Shown here: piece after piece, positions 28,730 to 32,000 of the stretch
Position numbering within the stretch: the stretch's first letter is position 1
Layout: every line of letters starts with the position of its first letter
NCBI RefSeq assembly: GCF_000619845.1
Contig: NZ_JHUX01000003.1
Coordinates: forward strand, 1,300,064 to 1,332,063
Origin: Alkanindiges illinoisensis DSM 15370
Lineage (GTDB): Bacteria; Pseudomonadota; Gammaproteobacteria; Pseudomonadales; Moraxellaceae
Direction: 5' to 3'
Length of the DNA: 32,000 nt
The notes under the pieces: generated by a model
Told to the model about the DNA's origin: nothing
Databases searched by the model: none
The model's input: the letters and a program-made list of their open reading frames with translations, nothing else
Made by a program: the position numbers and the translations under genes

Positions 28730-28923
28730 GGCGTATGGCTAGATTCATTGTATAAGTTTAGGTGCAAAGCATACCTAGGTTTGCTTCATCAATAAAACGT
28801 TTTTTTTGCATAATTCATAACGGTTTTATTGATAAACCCTTAACCCGGCCTTATTGTTTTAAATGACCTGCGATTTAAAATGCCTGTTAATTTAAAATCC
28901 CTAGGGTGTAAACATTGAGATAT

Positions 28924-28960
28924 AAAAAAGCCCGACAATATTCATCCTGAATGGCCGGGC
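28924..28960 (-). terminator. rho-independent terminator of an orphan minus-strand transcript
   Basis: On the minus strand: GCCCGGC (complement of 28954-28960) pairs with GTCGGGC (complement of 28930-28936) in a 7-bp stem with one G:U pair and a 17-nt loop. T6 follows. Confidence 0.6.
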
Positions 28961-29103
28961 ATTTCTTTAGCATCCTGCTGTACATCCTGTTCTCGATATA
29001 TCCCATCGAGCCTTGCGATTGTTGCCAACCTCTCAGTTAGCGCTATCCTTATGGCTAATCCGTGCCATGTCATCCTTGATTCGCTAAACACATCATCTCG
29101 CAT
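28942..29103 (-). CDS. candidate small protein (53 aa) or non-coding RNA; no family recognised
   Basis: ATG (complement 29101-29103) is preceded by GGAAAGG 4 nt upstream. Product is MRDDVFSESRMTWHGLAIRIALTERLATIARLDGIYREQDVQQDAKEMPGHSG. The stop lies inside the terminator loop. The ORF-track version (to 29169) relies on a TTG start. Confidence 0.3.
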   Translation of the reverse strand: MRDDVFSESRMTWHGLAIRIALTERLATIARLDGIYREQDVQQDAKEMPGHSG

Positions 29104-29161
29104 CTGGCCTTTCCAAAACAGTCGCCACAACCCCAATCTCTGTACGCCATGGCTTACAAAA

Positions 29162-29177
29162 GTTAACAATTGTTAAC
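29162..29177. promoter_or_regulatory. perfect 16-bp palindrome GTTAACAATTGTTAAC (candidate operator)
   Basis: The reverse complement is identical to the forward sequence. It sits just upstream (minus-strand sense) of the orphan unit that ends at the 28924-28960 terminator. Confidence 0.35.
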
Positions 29178-29472
29178 CAAGTGTTCGCTAATCGCTCTAC
29201 AATGATTTGACCATAGTTTAGGAATCAAAATTAAGCCTTTGGTTTTAAACATTAAAATAATAAAGTATTAGGCCTACATTTATGCATTAACGCTAACTGC
29301 AAAGATTTAACTGGTCGATGAATAGGCTTACATAAAAGAAAGTTCTATTAGACTTTTTTCATAACCCTCTCTTGTGCTTCGCTCACTTGAGCAAAAAATA
29401 CGGCTAAAGCATTTTACAGCGCAAGAAGGGGAATTTAGCAAAACATCATAAACCAGTCATATTTGGCACTGC

Positions 29473-30666
29473 TTATAAATCTTCCCAGCCAGTTTCACCT
29501 AGTTGCTGGCCTGCATAGTCATAGCGCGCCTGGCTTCTAGAAAACTTGATTGGGCAAGCCAGTTGTTTTTGACTAGCTGCCTGTTCAGCGGTCAAGGGTA
29601 CATCAACCACCCAGCCGCGTTCCTGCGCCAGTGGTGAATCTGCTGCTTCTTTGAGGGTTAAAACAGGTTCAACACACACATCCAGTGCTGCAAACACCTG
29701 CTGCCAGTGGCTAAATGGCTGTGCTGCAATCGCCTCACTGACTGCCTGCTTAACCGCCTGACGATCCTCATTAAACATGGATGCGCCTTTTTGCGCTAGA
29801 ACAGGCAGGTTTAAGGCAGCACTTAAGCCCATCATGAATTGTGGCTCCAGGCTACCCACAGAAATATAACGGCCATCCGAGGTTTTAAAATAATCGTAAT
29901 AACTGCCGCCATTTAAGGTTGCTGCTTCCGGTGCCTGATCTTCCCCACCTGCAATCTGCGCTGAAGCTGCCATGTTGTTTAAGGTAAATACGCAGTCGGT
30001 CATCGAGATATCAATATGCTGGCCCTGCCCGCTCTGGTTACGCTCAATCACGGCTGCCAATACACCAATTACTGCATGCAATGAACCACCTGCCACATCA
30101 GCAACCTGAATGCCCAGCGCTGGTGGGCCACTGTCCTGCCGCCCGCTATGACCGGAAACGCCAGCCAGCGACATATAGTTAATGTCATGACCTGCACGAT
30201 CCTTATAGGAACCGGTTTGGCCATAACCGGTAATGGAGCAATAAATCAGGCGTGGGTTAATGGCTTTTAAATCATCATAACCCAGTCCCAACCGTTGCAT
30301 GACGCCAGGACGAAACTGCTCAACCACAATATCAAACTCGGCCAGCAGGCCTTTTATTTTTTCAATGTTTTCGGGGTTTTTAAGGTCAACTGCCAGTGAT
30401 TTTTTATTACGGTTTAAATAGGCATGCGCTGTGGCCTGGCCATCCGCATACGGTGGCATCACACGCACCAGATCAACCCGTGTGGGTGATTCTACATGAA
30501 TCACTTCAGCGCCCAGATCAGCCAGCATCAAGGTTGCAAATGGCCCCGGCAGCAAGGTTGAAAAATCCAGTACTTTCAAACCAGCCAGCGGTGTGCTTGA
30601 ACCAGTTGATGGTGAAGGTGCTGATGAAGCAGATGGCGCATTGGATTGAGTCGTATTTTGTGTCAT
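29473..30666 (-). CDS. family III (CaiB/BaiF) CoA-transferase / acyl-CoA racemase-like
   Basis: 397 aa. LAGLKVLDFSTLLPGPFATLMLADLGAEVIHVE and the catalytic-Asp region (GHDINYM) are typical of the family. Confidence 0.88.
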   Translation of the reverse strand: MTQNTTQSNAPSASSAPSPSTGSSTPLAGLKVLDFSTLLPGPFATLMLADLGAEVIHVESPTRVDLVRVMPPYADGQATAHAYLNRNKKSLAVDLKNPENIEKIKGLLAEFDIVVEQFRPGVMQRLGLGYDDLKAINPRLIYCSITGYGQTGSYKDRAGHDINYMSLAGVSGHSGRQDSGPPALGIQVADVAGGSLHAVIGVLAAVIERNQSGQGQHIDISMTDCVFTLNNMAASAQIAGGEDQAPEAATLNGGSYYDYFKTSDGRYISVGSLEPQFMMGLSAALNLPVLAQKGASMFNEDRQAVKQAVSEAIAAQPFSHWQQVFAALDVCVEPVLTLKEAADSPLAQERGWVVDVPLTAEQAASQKQLACPIKFSRSQARYDYAGQQLGETGWEDL

Positions 30667-30951
30667 GGAATTTCCAGTTAAACGGCCAATACAATAATGG
30701 CCAAAGTCGGTTTAAATCATCAGCGAGCCTAGAATGTGCCAAGGCCTGTGAGCAATGACGATAGTTGCCAGTTTGGCTGAGCAAACTTGTCAGTTCGTAT
30801 TTTGTCCTGAAATGAACTCAAATTAATCAGCCAGATATGCTATGGTAAAGTAGTGATATCAGTTCGTTATATCTGGATTTTTGCATTCTGGTTTTAGCCC
30901 AAATGACATTGATTGATATCACATTTAGGCGTTTTATAGTTCCCGAGGTCG

Positions 30952-31962
30952 ATGATGAACCGTGACACCATTAGCATTCACTTTGTCAACGCAGCCCTGA
31001 CAGGCGTTCGCCGGATGGGTCTTGATGTCAATGCTTTATTGTCCCGTGTGGGAATTGAGCCAGAATTGCTCAGCCAGCCAAAGGCCCGTGTTTCGCCAGA
31101 CCAGTACACCCGTCTGGCGCAAACCCTGTGGCTGGTGACGCAGGATGAACACCTGGGGTTTGATGCCCAGCCACGTAGATTGGGCACGTTTTCTATCATG
31201 TGCCAGCTGATTATTCATGCCGGAACACTGGGTAAAGCACTGGATTTAAGCGCGCAATTTTACCGCCTGTTTGGTGATGACTGGGCCGTGAGCATTGAAC
31301 GCGACACCCATGAAGCCCGCATGGTAACTCAGATTCCCCCTGAACATGACCCGGATCATTTTATTACCGAAAGCATGCTGATGATCTGGCATGGTTTAGC
31401 CTCGTGGCTGATTGAACGGCGTATTCCACTGGAACGCGTGCAGTTTGCCTATCCGCAGCCCAATCATGTTGATGAATACGATGCACTATTTTTCTCACCG
31501 GTCATCAAGTTTGATGCACAGCGCACCGAAGTGACCTTTGCAGCGGATTATCTGGATTTGCCGATTCGCCAAACCGAAGCCAGCCTGCAGGAATTCTTAA
31601 AGAGTGCGCCTGCGCAGTTATTGGTCAAATTCAAGAATGCCAGCTCACTCACCTCGCGTATTCGTGAAGTGCTGAAAAGTCATATTGGCGAAGAAATGCC
31701 AACCCTGAATGAAGTGGCTTCCATGCTGTACCTGTCCCCGCAAACCCTGCGCCGTCGTCTTGCTGCCGAAGGTAAAAGCTATCAGGGTGTAAAAGACAAC
31801 CTGCGCCGTGACACTGCCATTCACCTGCTGCTCAAGCCAGAACTATCTTTAGAGGACGTGGCACAACAGGTGGGTTTTAGCGAAACCAGTACTTTTCACC
31901 GTGCCTTCAAGAAATGGACGGGTGTAACGCCGGGCCTGTATCGACAGCTTCATGCCAGCTAA
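30952..31962 (+). CDS. AraC-family transcriptional regulator (Arabinose_bd-type N-domain plus C-terminal HTH_18)
   Basis: 336 aa. The C-terminal LNEVASMLYLSPQTLRRRL...VAQQVGFSETSTFHRAFKKWTGVTPGLYR carries the two AraC HTH units. It is divergent from the CoA-transferase gene. Confidence 0.9.
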   Translation: MMNRDTISIHFVNAALTGVRRMGLDVNALLSRVGIEPELLSQPKARVSPDQYTRLAQTLWLVTQDEHLGFDAQPRRLGTFSIMCQLIIHAGTLGKALDLSAQFYRLFGDDWAVSIERDTHEARMVTQIPPEHDPDHFITESMLMIWHGLASWLIERRIPLERVQFAYPQPNHVDEYDALFFSPVIKFDAQRTEVTFAADYLDLPIRQTEASLQEFLKSAPAQLLVKFKNASSLTSRIREVLKSHIGEEMPTLNEVASMLYLSPQTLRRRLAAEGKSYQGVKDNLRRDTAIHLLLKPELSLEDVAQQVGFSETSTFHRAFKKWTGVTPGLYRQLHAS

Positions 31963-32000
31963 GCGGATGCGGAATAATAAACTGTTGCAAGTGGCCTGAG

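Noticed and set aside
28942-29169. 75-aa ORF-track ORF between cysI and the CoA-transferase gene.
   Set aside because: As listed it needs a TTG start inside the palindrome and has no RBS. Only the shorter ATG-initiated 53-aa version is kept, at low confidence, as one interpretation of the orphan unit.

Overview
Chromosomal window from a gammaproteobacterium. Its housekeeping proteins look Moraxellaceae/Acinetobacter-like, judged only from remembered Adk, Tgt and GdhA sequences, with no search run. Most of the 32 kb is ordinary core genome: tgt (truncated at the left edge), a DUF389-like membrane protein, queA, tRNA-Leu(CAA), lon, rlmH, a YgiD-type extradiol dioxygenase, a META/DUF4377-like lipoprotein, gdhA, an RnfB-like ferredoxin coupled to nth, adk, a DUF445-like membrane protein, a small OM beta-barrel, a sodium:solute symporter, mrdA (PBP2), rsmD, a Tsx-like porin, yaaA, cysI plus DUF934, a CaiB/BaiF-type CoA-transferase and a divergent AraC-family regulator. 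The one clearly accessory segment lies between tRNA-Leu and lon (about 3422-8847). It holds about 1.8 kb of visibly AT-rich DNA with three small hydrophilic minus-strand ORFs. These are followed by a compact plus-strand phage-type homologous-recombination module: a Sak4-like AAA_24 ATPase, a PD-(D/E)XK exonuclease, a NinB/DUF1367-like protein, a 59-aa ORF missing from the ORF track, and an ERF-family annealase. The segment has no integrase, repressor, replication or structural genes, and I could find no att repeat. Other points worth a second look are an orphan minus-strand unit between cysI and the CoA-transferase gene (perfect 16-bp palindrome, small ORF or sRNA, intrinsic terminator), TGCCA/TGGCA inverted repeats in the mrdA leader, a repeat-dense AraC/CoA-transferase control region, and a tRNA-Leu that folds only with a C1:G72 first pair. 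I saw no CRISPR array, IS element, rRNA or recognisable defence or toxin-antitoxin genes. Several ORF-track starts are too far upstream and are corrected in the features.
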